The position numbers and the translations under genes were made by a program. The notes under the pieces are model-generated. The model was not told the DNA's origin and did no database searches. It was given only the letters and a program-made list of their open reading frames with translations. A DNA stretch of 32,753 nucleotides from Octopus bimaculoides (lineage: Eukaryota): contig NC_068993.1 in the NCBI RefSeq assembly GCF_001194135.2, positions 38,654,754-38,687,506 on the forward strand, read 5' to 3'. This document shows, piece by piece, positions 1-11,591 of this stretch (within the stretch, counting starts at the first letter, position 1; each line of letters starts with the position of its first letter).

Positions 1-104
1 GCTAGTCTTAAGAGTCGTCTCAGAGCACGCAGATATAATGGAGATTATCGTTGTGATGTATATTGATTGAGACGGCTATTGTCTGTCAAAATGAAGCAGT
101 TATC

Positions 105-285
105 ATATACATATGCATGTACCTATGTACTTTTATATGTATGTGTGTATGCATGTCTATGTATTTATGTATGCATGCTTGCATGTATATATGTAAGTAT
201 GCGTGTATGAATGCATACGTATATGTATGCGTTGTATGTATATATGTATATATTTTTGCATATGTATGTATGCATATCTTTTGTT
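105..285. repeat. Degenerate (TATG/TG/TA)n microsatellite
   Basis: Simple repeat visible directly; source of the ORFs 63..356 and 86..343. Confidence 0.9.
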
Positions 286-292
286 TTTTCAA

Positions 293-836
<544 letters not shown>

Positions 837-877
837 ATATATATATATTTATTTATATGTGTATGCACATATATAAC

Positions 878-1037
878 AGGCTTCTTTCTGTTTCCATCTA
901 TCATATCCACTCACAAGTCATTAGTTGGCCAGTGGCTATAGTAGAAAATTCTTGCCTAATATGCATGCAGTGGAGCTGAGCCCAAAACCATGTCATAGCG
1001 AAGTAAACAACTTAACCACACTGCTATGCCTACACCT
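878..1037 (-). mobile_element. 5' (head) part of a family A SINE
   Basis: Similar to 690-836 and to the reverse complement of 30809-30970; runs into a TA microsatellite and a gap. Confidence 0.8.
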
Positions 1038-1090
1038 ATACATACATGCATATACATACATACATACATACATATATATATATGCGTGTG

Positions 1091-1141
<51 letters not shown>

Positions 1142-1906
1142 NNNNNNNNNNNNNNNNNNNNNNNNNNNNNNNNNNNNNNNNNNNNNNNNNNNNNNNNNNN
1201 NNNNNNNNNNNNNNNNNNNNNNNNNNNNNNNNNNNNNNNNNNNNNNNNNNNNNNNNNNNNNNNNNNNNNNNNNNNNNNNNNNNNNNNNNNNNNNNNNNNN
1301 NNNNNNNNNNNNNNNNNNNNNNNNNNNNNNNNNNNNNNNNNNNNNNNNNNNNNNNNNNNNNNNNNNNNNNNNNNNNNNNNNNNNNNNNNNNNNNNNNNNN
1401 NNNNNNNNNNNNNNNNNNNNNNNNNNNNNNNNNNNNNNNNNNNNNNNNNNNNNNNNNNNNNNNNNNNNNNNNNNNNNNNNNNNNNNNNNNNNNNNNNNNN
1501 NNNNNNNNNNNNNNNNNNNNNNNNNNNNNNNNNNNNNNNNNNNNNNNNNNNNNNNNNNNNNNNNNNNNNNNNNNNNNNNNNNNNNNNNNNNNNNNNNNNN
1601 NNNNNNNNNNNNNNNNNNNNNNNNNNNNNNNNNNNNNNNNNNNNNNNNNNNNNNNNNNNNNNNNNNNNNNNNNNNNNNNNNNNNNNNNNNNNNNNNNNNN
1701 NNNNNNNNNNNNNNNNNNNNNNNNNNNNNNNNNNNNNNNNNNNNNNNNNNNNNNNNNNNNNNNNNNNNNNNNNNNNNNNNNNNNNNNNNNNNNNNNNNNN
1801 NNNNNNNNNNNNNNNNNNNNNNNNNNNNNNNNNNNNNNNNNNNNNNNNNNNNNNNNNNNNNNNNNNNNNNNNNNNNNNNNNNNNNNNNNNNNNNNNNNNN
1901 NNNNNN
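1142..1906. other. Assembly gap (N run) flanked by (TA)n
   Basis: N bases. Other gaps: 2781-2790, 8281-8290, 9839-10247, 15852-16818, 18501-18510, 20814-20913, 23254-23263, 24377-24578, 27832-28632, 30253-30480, 31163-31202. Confidence 1.
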
Positions 1907-1954
<48 letters not shown>

Positions 1955-1969
1955 AATATATATGTATGC

Positions 1970-2186
1970 TGAGACCCTATTCGGTCATGACTGACCATGG
2001 GATTTCATATAGAAAGTTACCCTCCCAGGCACAAGTCTGGGCAAGGTTGTTCATGAAAGACCAGCAGTTGCCCATGTATACCAACCTCCCCTCTGCATGC
2101 CACCAGTGTTATCCAAAGGAAAAGCAAAGGCCGATACAGCTTGGCATCTGTGACATTGCAGCTCATTTCTACAGATGAGTGACCTG
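1970..2186 (-). mobile_element. Truncated interspersed repeat, probably the 3' body of another SINE family
   Basis: GC-richer island between a microsatellite and a SINE; recognised from recall of octopus repeats only, single copy in this window. Confidence 0.5.
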
Positions 2187-2187
2187 A

Positions 2188-2372
2188 AATTTTGGGGGAG
2201 GGTCTAGTTGATTACATCGACCCCAGTATGTCACTGATACTTATTTCATCAACTCTGAAAGGATGAAAGGCAAAGTTGACCACGATGGGGTTTGAACTCC
2301 GAATATAAAGACAGATTAAATGCTGCTAAGTATTTTGCCCAGGGTGCTAATGATTCTGCTAGCTCACTGCCT
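2188..2372 (-). mobile_element. tRNA-derived SINE, family B
   Basis: Reverse complement matches the copies at 3634-3853 and 22259-22495 (A-box-like GAGCTAGCAGAA, B-box GAGTTCAAA, body CTTTGCCTTTCATCCTTTC...AAGTACCAG). Confidence 0.9.
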
Positions 2373-2995
2373 TAATAATAATAATAATACCAACAATGAC
2401 AACAATAATAATGATGTTGATAATAATAATAATAATAATAACTATAATGACAATAATAACAATGATAATAATAATAACAACGATGATGAGAAAAAAAAGT
2501 AGAAGAAGAAGTAGTAGAAGAAGAAGAAGAAGAAGTAGTAGTAGTAGAAGAAGTAGTAGTAGAATAAGTAGTAGTAGAAGAAGAAAAAGAAGTAGTAGTA
2601 GAAAAAGAAGTAGTAGTAGAAGAAAAAGAAGTAGTAGTAGAAGAAGTAGTAGTAGAAGAAGAAGAAGAAGTAGTAGTAGAAGAAAAAGAAGTAGTAGTAG
2701 AAGTAGTAGTAGAAGAAGAAAAAGAAGTAGTAGTAGAAGTAGTAGTAGAAGAAGAAGTAGTAGTAGAAGAAGTAGTAGTANNNNNNNNNNGTAGTAGTAG
2801 AAGTAGTAGTAGAAGAAGAAAAAGAAGTAGTAGTAGAAGTAGTAGTAGAAGAAGAAGTAGTAGTAGAAGAAGTAGTAGTAGAAGTAATAGTAGAAGAAGT
2901 AATAGTAGAAGAAGTAGTAGTAGAAGAAGAAGAAGTAGTAGAAGAAGAAGAAGAAGAAGAAAAAGAAGAACAACATCATCAACAGCAGCAACATC
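2373..2995. repeat. Compound trinucleotide microsatellite: (AAT)n, then (AGT/AGA)n, then (CAA/CAT)n
   Basis: Directly visible; explains the poly-N, poly-S/R and poly-L ORFs. Confidence 0.95.
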
Positions 2996-3289
2996 AATAC
3001 TGGTAATATAACTGCTCTTGTCTTTAGAGGTGACTTGATTTCCGTTGCATTGAGATCTGATCCTTCGTTGGTTATCATTCCTATCATCCTGATTTGAATC
3101 CACGCTGCTATTGATCCTTATAAATAAATATGTCTTGATTCCCTTCTTTGAAAATAACTTGCAGACCCAGGAATTATTTGAGACTCATCATTGTATAGTA
3201 AGTAAACATTATATTATACCAGCATTGCACTTTGTTAGCGTTGCATTGTACAAACACCGCAATAGAGAACTATTATTACATTATGCAAG

Positions 3290-3411
3290 CATTAAACTAT
3301 GAGAGCATTGTACTATGGGAGCATTATACTATGTAAGCATCATTCTATTTAACTATTGTAGTATGGAAACAATGTACTATAGGAAACAGTAAACTATGGA
3401 AGCAGTGTACT
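3290..3411. repeat. Degenerate 16-bp minisatellite, about 7.5 units (consensus CATTGTACTATGGRAG)
   Basis: Units CATTAAACTATGAGAG, CATTGTACTATGGGAG, CATTATACTATGTAAG, ..., CAGTAAACTATGGAAG at 16-17 bp period. Confidence 0.8.
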
Positions 3412-3496
3412 TAGCTAGTCTTATTTCTTTTAGTAGAACTCTGCAGCAGCTGCAATATTTCCTGACAATGCACGAGGTGCATGCAAAGCTAGGTTC

Positions 3497-3633
3497 AGAT
3501 ATGGCAGCATGGTTAAGATGCTTGCTTTTCGGTTATGTGGTTTAGGGTTCAACCACATTGTGCAGCAGTCTTCTACAAGAATCCTGGCTAGCCAGACTTA
3601 TGAGTGAATTTGGTAAGCAGAAACTGAAAGAAA
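3497..3633 (+). mobile_element. Decayed family A SINE head, host of the nested insertion at 3634
   Basis: GGCAGCATGGTTAAG...GGGTTCAA...GAGTGAATTTGGTAAGCAGAAACTGAAAGAA, matching the family A head. Confidence 0.7.
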
Positions 3634-3853
3634 GGCGGCGAGATGGCAGAAACGTTAGCACGCCGGGCGAAATGCTTAGCAGTATTTCGTCTGCTGCTAC
3701 GTTCTGAGTTCAAATTCCGCCAAGGTCGACTTTGCCTTTCATCCTTTCGGGGTCAATAAATTAAGTACCAGTTATGCACTGGAGGTGATGTAATTGACTT
3801 AATTCCTTCTTTGTCCCCTCTATGTTTAGCCCCTTGAGGGCAGTAAAGAAATA
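3634..3853 (+). mobile_element. Young full-length family B SINE with a 15-bp target-site duplication
   Basis: Starts GGCGGCGAGATGGCAGAAACGTTAGC; B-box GAGTTCAAATTCC; identical AGAAACTGAAAGAAA at 3619-3633 and 3854-3868; CpGs retained. Confidence 0.93.
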
Positions 3854-3917
3854 AGAAACTGAAAGAAATCCATAATACATACATACATACTTATATCATG
3901 CATACATACATATATAC

Positions 3918-3965
<48 letters not shown>

Positions 3966-3995
3966 AGATATATAATATGGGGAAGGCCAGTTTTA

Positions 3996-4056
3996 TGGGA
4001 TTACCTTAGGTTCCCTGTCCATAAAGGATAGCTTTATGGCATATCGTCAGATCCCA
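3996..4056 (-). ncRNA. Type-I hammerhead motif, left arm (A13G core change)
   Basis: Minus strand: stem I UGGGAU/AUCCCA; core CUGACGA; stem II hairpin CCAUAAAG/CUUUAUGG; GGAA instead of GAAA; near-palindromic stem III CCUAAGG; GUA site. Confidence 0.65.
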
Positions 4057-4109
4057 AAAACCTGTTGGCCCAAAACCTATTTTTAAGGGGTCTTGTGCCA
4101 ACAGATTTT

Positions 4110-4149
4110 TGGGATCTGATGATACGATGGGAAACCTAAGATAATCCTA
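4110..4149 (+). ncRNA. Minimal type-I hammerhead motif, right arm
   Basis: Stem I UGGGAU/AUCCUA; core CUGAUGA; 8-nt domain II UACGAUGG with poor pairing; GAAA; stem III CCUAAGA; AUA site. Confidence 0.6.
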
Positions 4150-4305
4150 TAAACTGGCCTTCCCCATTTTTCATATATATATACTGCTCTATATCTTAGA
4201 GAATGCTTCTCCTTTCGGATTTATGTTTTTTATAAACAATATATATAAAGATATATATATATTTATATATAAATACATATATGTGTGTGTGAGTGTATGT
4301 ACATA

Positions 4306-4336
<31 letters not shown>

Positions 4337-4547
4337 TTGGTGTTTTTATCCAAAATGGAGACGAACACCATTCCTCCATGGGATTGGCCTTGAAGAATTG
4401 TTAAGATATCAAGATATTTTCTTAACTTGAAACCAATGGTAGCCTCAATACACAAATCAAGAAATTTCTGCCACCAATGGATGAGTATTGGACACTCATT
4501 ATCCCTGTTTGACATTTACATATATATATATGTGTGTGTGTGTATAC

Positions 4548-4581
<34 letters not shown>

Positions 4582-4733
4582 ATACATATATATATATATA
4601 TATATGTGTGTGTATACATATATATATGTGTGTGTGTGCGCATAAATCATTACAAATCCAAGCAAGTAGTAATACAGAAGAAACAAATGAAGTTGAAAAT
4701 ACACAGAGAATTTATGAAAATTCATTTAGATTT

Positions 4734-4785
<52 letters not shown>

Positions 4786-5129
4786 CACACACATGCACAC
4801 ACATACACACGCTGCATGCAGATACACTTAACTGGTTTTACATTTGTTTATTTTCAAAAGTGTAGGTTAGTTGGTGTTGTTTTGCAGACTGTATCCTTTT
4901 CTGGTTATCGTTCTAAACAATCATTTATTTTCATTGAGCGAACATGGCTCAGAGCGCTATCAGTTAATGTATGTGTATATGTATGTATATATATGTACGT
5001 ATATGTGTGTTCTTATCTTGAGATCATGTAATGGCTGTAAAGAAGTGTTCTTTGTTTCTGAAGTTTTCTTTTTGCAAAACATGTCTGGCAATGAAGAGAT
5101 ATTACTTTACTTGAAAATAGGTAAGGGTT

Positions 5130-5280
5130 GGTGACAGGAAAAGCATCCAGTCATAGAAAATCTGTCTGACCTGTTGGGGTTAACTTTATCATTCATCCAT
5201 CCAAGGTCTGGTAAAATGAGATACCAGTCAAAGACTAGGGTTAGTGACTTCAACTTTACTCTTCCCTTGAAACTGTTGAA
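5130..5280 (+). mobile_element. Decayed SINE fragments (RTE-tail-like piece plus family B body)
   Basis: GGTTGGTGACAGGAAAAGCATCCAG resembles the RTE tail motif; ...TAAAATGAGATACCAG... resembles the family B body. Confidence 0.55.
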
Positions 5281-5314
5281 CACTATTATTATCATTATTA
5301 TTATTATTATTATG

Positions 5315-5535
5315 AGTGAGCGTAGTAGAGCTAGTAGAGACAGACATTAATACATCAGAAGAAATGCTTTGTGATACTGGTTCTTTATGTTCCAAGTTCA
5401 ATTCCTGCTGGGGGTCAGCTTTGCCTTTCACCTCTCTGATGTTTATAAAATAAAGTACCAGTCCTGTACTGGTGTCAGTGTAAATGACTAACCACCTTCC
5501 TCTAAAACTGCCCACCTTGTGTCAATGTTAAAAAT
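5315..5535 (+). mobile_element. Old family B SINE
   Basis: B-box AAGTTCAATTCC; body CTTTGCCTTTCACC...AAATAAAGTACCAG; flanked by (ATT)n. Confidence 0.8.
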
Positions 5536-5611
5536 TATTATCATTATTATTATTATTATTATAATTATTATTATTATTTTTTATTTTATTATTTATTTCT
5601 TCTTCTTCTTA

Positions 5612-6158
5612 TTATTGAGTGAGAGAGTAGTGCATTCCATCAAAGTGACACTGGGGTAAAATATATGAAGCCCATTATACCAATCATGACTACTCGTCTG
5701 ATAAGGGTACACCAGGCACATGCATCACAATCATATGTGCACGACATGGTGATTCTCATATCAAGATAAACAGCGCATAACCTTGCAGGTGGGGTCCAGC
5801 TAGAATTTTCTTCAGGTCGAGTAGCCCATCCTGCTCAAAAGGTCCCTGAATAAAGGTTGTTTAAAAATGTTGAACGAAACACCCACATGTCCAGAGGTGA
5901 ATTAACTAAACCTCAAAGAATTCCCCTCAACACATGGCTATGATGCTCCCCAACTACTTCTGCTCATGATCAGAGATGTGCATATCGTCAGCCACCAAGG
6001 GACATGCTCAACTGTTTAAGGTCAAACCACTGACAAGCAAATCTGTGGTATTGAGCAGAATATTTTCTGTAGCCCATCTTTTTATACCAAGACAAAACAA
6101 TGTACATGATAACAGTTCCAATCAGTTAAGATGAGAAGCCATGAAAGCCTCTGCCTTA
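5612..6158. mobile_element. ~540-bp non-coding interspersed repeat flanked on both sides by (ATT)n
   Basis: Discrete GC-richer block between (ATT)n tracts; recalled as an abundant octopus repeat; class not determined. Confidence 0.55.
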
Positions 6159-6195
<37 letters not shown>

Positions 6196-6198
<3 letters not shown>

Positions 6199-6555
6199 GG
6201 CGTTCAAATTCTAGTAAGGTCAACTTTACGTTTCATCCTGGATTAACGAAGTACCAGTTGAACATTGGGGTCAAAGTAGTTGACTTAACCCTTTCCCTAA
6301 AGGTGCTAGCCATGTACCAAAATCTGAAACCCTTGAAGGTAGAAAGCTAGCAGAATCATATATGAATCAGACAACATGCTTAGCGGCGTTTCTTCCAGCT
6401 TCACATTCTGAGTTCAAATTCTGCTGAGGTCACCTTTGCCTTTTATCCCTAATGCTTCAATGAAATAAATATCAATCAAGCGCTGGGGTTGATGTTATCG
6501 ACTCACCCCTTATCCTAAAATTTCAAGCCTTGTGACTATGTTAGAATTATTAATG
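6196..6555 (+). mobile_element. Two adjacent decayed family B SINEs (~6196-6335 and ~6340-6555)
   Basis: Each has a GTTCAAATTC B-box followed by a CTTT(A/G)C(G/C)TTT body. Confidence 0.75.
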
Positions 6556-6562
6556 ATTTCAA

Positions 6563-7260
6563 TGTGGTGAGCTGGCAGAATTGTTAGAACATCAGACAAC
6601 ATACCTAGCAGGATTTCTTCCAACTCATTACATTCATCATCATCCTCCTCACCATCATCATCATTTCACATCTGTTTTCCATGCTGGCATGGGTTGGATG
6701 GCTTAACAAGAACTGGGAAGGCCAGGGGCCCACACCAGGTTCCATAGTCTGTTTTGGCTTGGTTTCTATAGGTGGATGCCCTTCCTAATGCCAATCACTT
6801 CACAGAATGCAGTGGATCCTTTTTGGATGGCACCATCGCCAGTGCTTTTTATGTGGCACCAGCACTTTTACGTGGCACCAGCATCCACACCAATGCTTTT
6901 TATGTGACACTTTGGTTTTAGGATCTCAATTCTGTTGTGGTAAGTGAGTCTAGTTGAATATAGCAATGCACTAGATCTCAGTCCTTGGTCATCTCTGTCA
7001 TAAGGCTCAGTGTCTTGAGATCAACATTCATTACTTTGTCCCCATGTCTTCCGAGGTCTCCCTCTTTCTAAAGTGGAGGGACTTCCCTTCACTTTAAGTG
7101 ATTGGCACTCCTTTAGCTTCAAATTCCATACTGGGATTAACTTTGCCTTTCAGTCCACTGGAGTTAATAACATAAGTACCACTCAAATACTGGGGTTAAC
7201 TTAAACAACATAAACTCACTGCTCAAAATGATCAGCCTTGAACCAAACTTTAGAAAAATC
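6563..7260 (+). mobile_element. Family B SINE split by an antisense RTE insertion (head 6563-6632, remainder ~7112-7260)
   Basis: Head GTGGTGAGCTGGCAGAATTGTTAG...ACATTC resumes as TTTAGCTTCAAATTCC...CTTTGCCTTTC after the insert. Confidence 0.7.
6633..7110 (-). mobile_element. RTE-clade LINE 3' fragment
   Basis: Minus frame ERGRPRKTWDKVMNVDLKTLSLMTEMTKD, an RTE ORF2 C-terminal motif also at 25250-25340; shared 3' tail and (GAT)n end. Confidence 0.85.
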
Positions 7261-7987
7261 TTTTAATAATTTCTTTCCTTTTTTTGTTATTTAGAAAATT
7301 ACATCAAAATGACTTCAAACCTACAAAACAGACAAATATTTTAAAATAAAACAGTAAATATTTAATTTTATTTATAAATAAAAATAAAATAGATACAGTG
7401 TCAAGGCTTAAATAGCAACAATTTTGTCATATATCCCCCACCTCAATAACAAAACCCCACAAAAAAAAACAAACAAACAGAAAAAAGACATTTTCTTTGA
7501 TAGAAAAACAAATTTCTTCCTACCAAATTTGAGAATATTTCTTGGACTTAGTTTTAGCTTTATTTATATTTTTCTTATTTTCTTCTTTTTCTCATGAACT
7601 TCTACTTTATAAAGCAATTCTTTTGATTTGGTTTTCATTATTTTTTTTATATATTTTTAATGGAAATAATACGTTTATTTCTTTTTATGTATTATTTTTT
7701 TTTCCTGTTTAGCTGTTTGTTAAGTTTTATTGCTGAGAATACCACATGTGCATACCACAACCAATGAAAACTGCCCAGTTTTTTTTTTCTTTTCGTTTTA
7801 TGTATTTATCATTATTATTATTATTATCTTTTTTTTTTTTGAAGGAGAATCAAGAAAGCGCTATTGTCTGCTGTATTGATTATACAACTGGCATTATTTT
7901 CAACCGGATAAAAGCCCTTTTTTTTTCTATTTTTTTTTTCACAGAACACAAAAGCAAACAGACACTATATTTCTCTGTGAACAACAT

Positions 7988-7989
<2 letters not shown>

Positions 7990-8067
<78 letters not shown>

Positions 8068-8149
8068 CATATATGTGTATATATACATACATAAACACAC
8101 ATATATATATGTATATATGTATGTGTATATATGCATATATGTATGGGTG

Positions 8150-8185
<36 letters not shown>

Positions 8186-8236
8186 AATATACATCTGTAT
8201 GTATATACATACCTATATGTATAAGTATGCACACAC

Positions 8237-8280
<44 letters not shown>

Positions 8281-8340
8281 NNNNNNNNNNCACTGGCACA
8301 CACACATACACACACATATATATATATATTTATATATAAA
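7990..8340. repeat. (TA)n/(TACA)n/(CA)n microsatellite block
   Basis: Directly visible. Confidence 0.95.
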
Positions 8341-9240
8341 TGAGAAGAAAGAACATAAACACATACTCACACACATACAAATAAAAAAGAAAGAACAATT
8401 GGTTTATAAAGTTATTGTAGATATAATTTCAAATGGAGTATTGATTAAGTGGAACATATAGTCTATAGATTGTTTTCTAAGTTTTCTATTGATTTTGGCC
8501 AAGTTAACAATAACTTAATACAACATTGCTCAGTGGTGATAACAATTGGAATAGAGTGTTGTACGTTCCATCTTGTTGAGAGACAGAGAGAGAGAGCAAG
8601 AGAGACAGAGAGAGAGAGCAAGAGAGACAGAGAGGGAAATGTATATATGTATATGAAAAAATTCTCACACTAGTCTATATGAACAATAATAATAACTATG
8701 ATATAACAACTGTGGAAGGAGAATGCATTTACATTCAGAGTAACATTATAGCTATAGAAATGTTTTCGCACACAAATATATAAATAAATATGAATAAAAA
8801 GAGAAAACAGTAAATAGAAATGTAAAATAAAAATAAAAAGAAACAATAATAGTAAAATCTAGTGTTGACTAAATAACAATGCAAAGCACCAAACAAAGAC
8901 AAATACTTGATTGTTATTTGTAAATTATTGCCAATAACAATTCTTGCCTGATATATTAGTAAATTGTATTTTAACATCAAACTGAGTGGATTAGCATTCA
9001 TTTTGGTGGCTAACAATGACCGATTATGAGTTTCTCCTCCTCTTAAAGTAATTTCAAATCTTTCCATATTGAGTTACCGAAAGCAAAATGAAAAGAAAAA
9101 AATATGAACAAAAAAAAAAAAAGAATGAAAAACATATCAAAGATGTGTCTTAACCTTTTTAAATATATATTTCCAGAATCAGAATCAAATCTAATTTCTA
9201 TTTAATCTAAAATAGATTTCTATGTTTTTCGTTCTTTCTT

Positions 9241-9420
9241 TCATCACCATCGATTAACGTCCACATTTTCATGCTTGCATGGGTCAGGTGGAATTTGTTG
9301 AGGCAAAATTTCTATGGTTAAATGCCCTTCCAGTTGCCAAAATCACCCGTTTCCATGCATGATAATATTTCCTCCGGACTAGACATTTTTTTGTGGAAGA
9401 TTAGAAATGAACAATATTCT
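9241..9420 (-). mobile_element. Decayed RTE-type 3' tail
   Basis: Reverse complement of ...GAAGGGCAT...ACCCATGC...GACGTTAA...GATG, the tail seen at 9680-9800. Confidence 0.7.
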
Positions 9421-9467
9421 TTTCTACTCTAGGCACAAAGCCCAAAATCTTTTTGGGGGGAGGGTGC

Positions 9468-9798
9468 CAGTGAGATGACGAAGTACCAAGATACTTGGCC
9501 GTACTCAAGAAGACCCGTACCCCACGGCAGAAGTGTTAAGACCGATCCTGCTGGTGGTGTAAAGCACTCATGGAGGTTCCACATAAAAGCGCCCGTAAAG
9601 TGCCATGTGACATCACGTAAAAGCACTCACGTGGCGACATGTAGAAGCACCTAGTACACTCTGTAAAGTGCTTGGTGTTAGGAAGGGCATCCGGCCGGAG
9701 AAATCATGCCAAATCAGACTGGACTCTGGTGCAGCTCTATCCAACCCTGGTCTGACCATTCAACCCATGCCAGCTTGGACAACGGAGGTTAAATGATG

Positions 9799-9802
<4 letters not shown>
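9468..9802 (+). mobile_element. RTE-clade LINE 3' end (last ORF2 codons plus 3' tail)
   Basis: EMTKYQDTW...KKTR-like end; tail TTAGGAAGGGCATCC...AACCCATGCCAGC...GTTAAATGATG matches 25760-25908 and 29840-29986. Confidence 0.8.
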
Positions 9803-9838
<36 letters not shown>

Positions 9839-10247
9839 NNNNNNNNNNNNNNNNNNNNNNNNNNNNNNNNNNNNNNNNNNNNNNNNNNNNNNNNNNNNNN
9901 NNNNNNNNNNNNNNNNNNNNNNNNNNNNNNNNNNNNNNNNNNNNNNNNNNNNNNNNNNNNNNNNNNNNNNNNNNNNNNNNNNNNNNNNNNNNNNNNNNNN
10001 NNNNNNNNNNNNNNNNNNNNNNNNNNNNNNNNNNNNNNNNNNNNNNNNNNNNNNNNNNNNNNNNNNNNNNNNNNNNNNNNNNNNNNNNNNNNNNNNNNNN
10101 NNNNNNNNNNNNNNNNNNNNNNNNNNNNNNNNNNNNNNNNNNNNNNNNNNNNNNNNNNNNNNNNNNNNNNNNNNNNNNNNNNNNNNNNNNNNNNNNNNNN
10201 NNNNNNNNNNNNNNNNNNNNNNNNNNNNNNNNNNNNNNNNNNNNNNA

Positions 10248-10488
10248 AAACGGTATGTATGGTTACAAAATGTGTGCTGCCATCTATTGGTGAACAATCA
10301 CCTACGGTATGTTTACATCGAATGCAGATGCAATAGATTGCTTATAATTACTGGTAATAACATATAGTTATACAGGTAAGTGGAGGAATTAAAACATTAT
10401 TTTAGTGGTAATTTATTTTATAAAAGTATAGCCTAGGGTAGGGTGCGTCCTATGCACTCGTGCGTTTTACAGGCCATCAAATGTGGTA
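10248..10488. mobile_element. Terminus of a non-autonomous Tc2/pogo-like DNA transposon, cut by the gap
   Basis: Ends GGTGCGTCCTATGCACTCGTGCGTTTTACAGGCCATCAAATGTGG-TA, resembling the ...GCGTCTTATA...AAATACGG-TA termini of this group; second TIR not visible. Confidence 0.55.
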
Positions 10489-10507
10489 TATATATATATA
10501 TACATAC

Positions 10508-10551
<44 letters not shown>

Positions 10552-10592
10552 ATAGATATCAGGGTAATTGGGATATATAACCCTATGCTTAC

Positions 10593-10622
10593 CACACGAA
10601 GCAATTATAGTCGACAAAAAGG
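10593..10622 (-). CDS. Candidate 30-nt phase-1/phase-1 microexon (AFLSTIIASC)
   Basis: aatttttgtag|CCTTTTTGTCGACTATAATTGCTTCGTGTG|gtaagc; splice signals only, no recognised homology. Confidence 0.25.
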
Positions 10623-10732
10623 CTACAAAAATTGGTTACATTTGCCAACGATGAAACGATTGTTAATGGTGCATTAAAATGATTTGCAAAACCTATTCTT
10701 TCTATGTTTGTTATTATATTCATGCATACATA

Positions 10733-10875
10733 ACACAATGGGCTTCTTTCAGTTTCCATGAACTAAATCCATTCATAATGCTTTGATTAATCCGGTGCTA
10801 TAATAGAAAACATTTCTCCAAAGTACCACACACTGGGACTAAACTTGAGACCATATGATTCGAAAGCAAGCTCTT
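10733..10875 (-). mobile_element. Decayed family A SINE head
   Basis: GGCTTCTTTCAGTTTCC...ATAGAAAACA...GGGACTAAAC, similar to 690-836. Confidence 0.7.
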
Positions 10876-11374
10876 TCTCTATTATTCTCTTCCAATATTA
10901 GATTTTTCTTTTGTTGATGGACTAGTGCTCTAAACGTCTAAACTTATAGATTCCATTTAAGCGTTAAACTAATAAACCTTTGTTAAAATTTGTTCCTCCT
11001 ATATTGTCTTCTCTCATTTTGTATTTTTATTTTTATAATATAGTATGTATACGCACATATGCATGCATATATTTATGTATAGTCACACACACACACACGC
11101 GCGCGCATATGGGCGTGTTTATATACAAAGACAAATATACACACATATATAAACATAATTATATATAAGTATATGCATATATAGTATGTATGTACACACA
11201 CACACACAGAATAACATACGCACTTGAAACTGACTTAGATTAAAATGCTGGAATATAACGTATATACAAACGTAGAACGGCACTAGCTGCATTATCTATG
11301 TTTATACACACACACACATACATATATATATACACCGCCCGTACTTACATATGTGTGTATATCTATATCTATAG

Positions 11375-11483
<109 letters not shown>

Positions 11484-11584
11484 AATCAAGCTGTGAATAA
11501 TGGCAGATACGACCCAACCGTTGATGGCAAAGTATTTTCTCAAACATACATTGTCAGCAAAACGAAAAAGTTATTTATTTTTAC

Positions 11585-11591
11585 CTTCCAT
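11585..11591 (-). CDS. Candidate translation start at the end of a possible long 5'UTR exon (ATG GAA G|gtaaaa)
   Basis: Minus strand ctcaatcATGGAAG|GTAAAAAT; phase 1 is compatible with the 10593-10622 microexon; upstream extent unknown. Confidence 0.2.

Larger units (their letters stand above)
3977..4167. mobile_element. ~190-bp foldback (inverted repeat) with a hammerhead motif in each arm; probably PLE-derived
   Basis: ATGGGGAAGGCCAGTTTTATGGGATTACCTTAGGTTCCC pairs with GGGAAACCTAAGATAATCCTATAAACTGGCCTTCCCCAT; inner TATCGTCAGATCCCAAAAACCTGTTGGC pairs with GCCAACAGATTTTTGGGATCTGATGATA; embedded in (TA)n. Confidence 0.8.

Noticed and set aside
1-80. GTCGTCTCA/TGAGACGGC 9-bp stem, and AAGA(G/A)TCGTCTCAGAGC shared with ~13015
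   Set aside because: The rest of the hairpin pairs poorly, the match is only 16 nt and the window edge truncates the context.
2359-3103. 242-aa and 243-aa poly-Leu ORFs and the Ser/Arg-rich ORF
   Set aside because: Pure trinucleotide microsatellite spanning an assembly gap.
4340-4515. Unique island with an open minus frame (DNECPILIHWWQKFLDL...)
   Set aside because: No convincing splice sites or recognisable motif; the frame is open mainly because it runs into microsatellite.
5060-5125. Apparent donor AAAATAG|gtaagg
   Set aside because: The GTAAG lies at the start of a repeat fragment and no good acceptor or open frame supports it.
5800-5995. Minus-strand CUGAAGA (~5803) and CUGACGA (~5985) in the 540-bp repeat
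   Set aside because: No correctly placed GAAA, stem III and UH site could be built.
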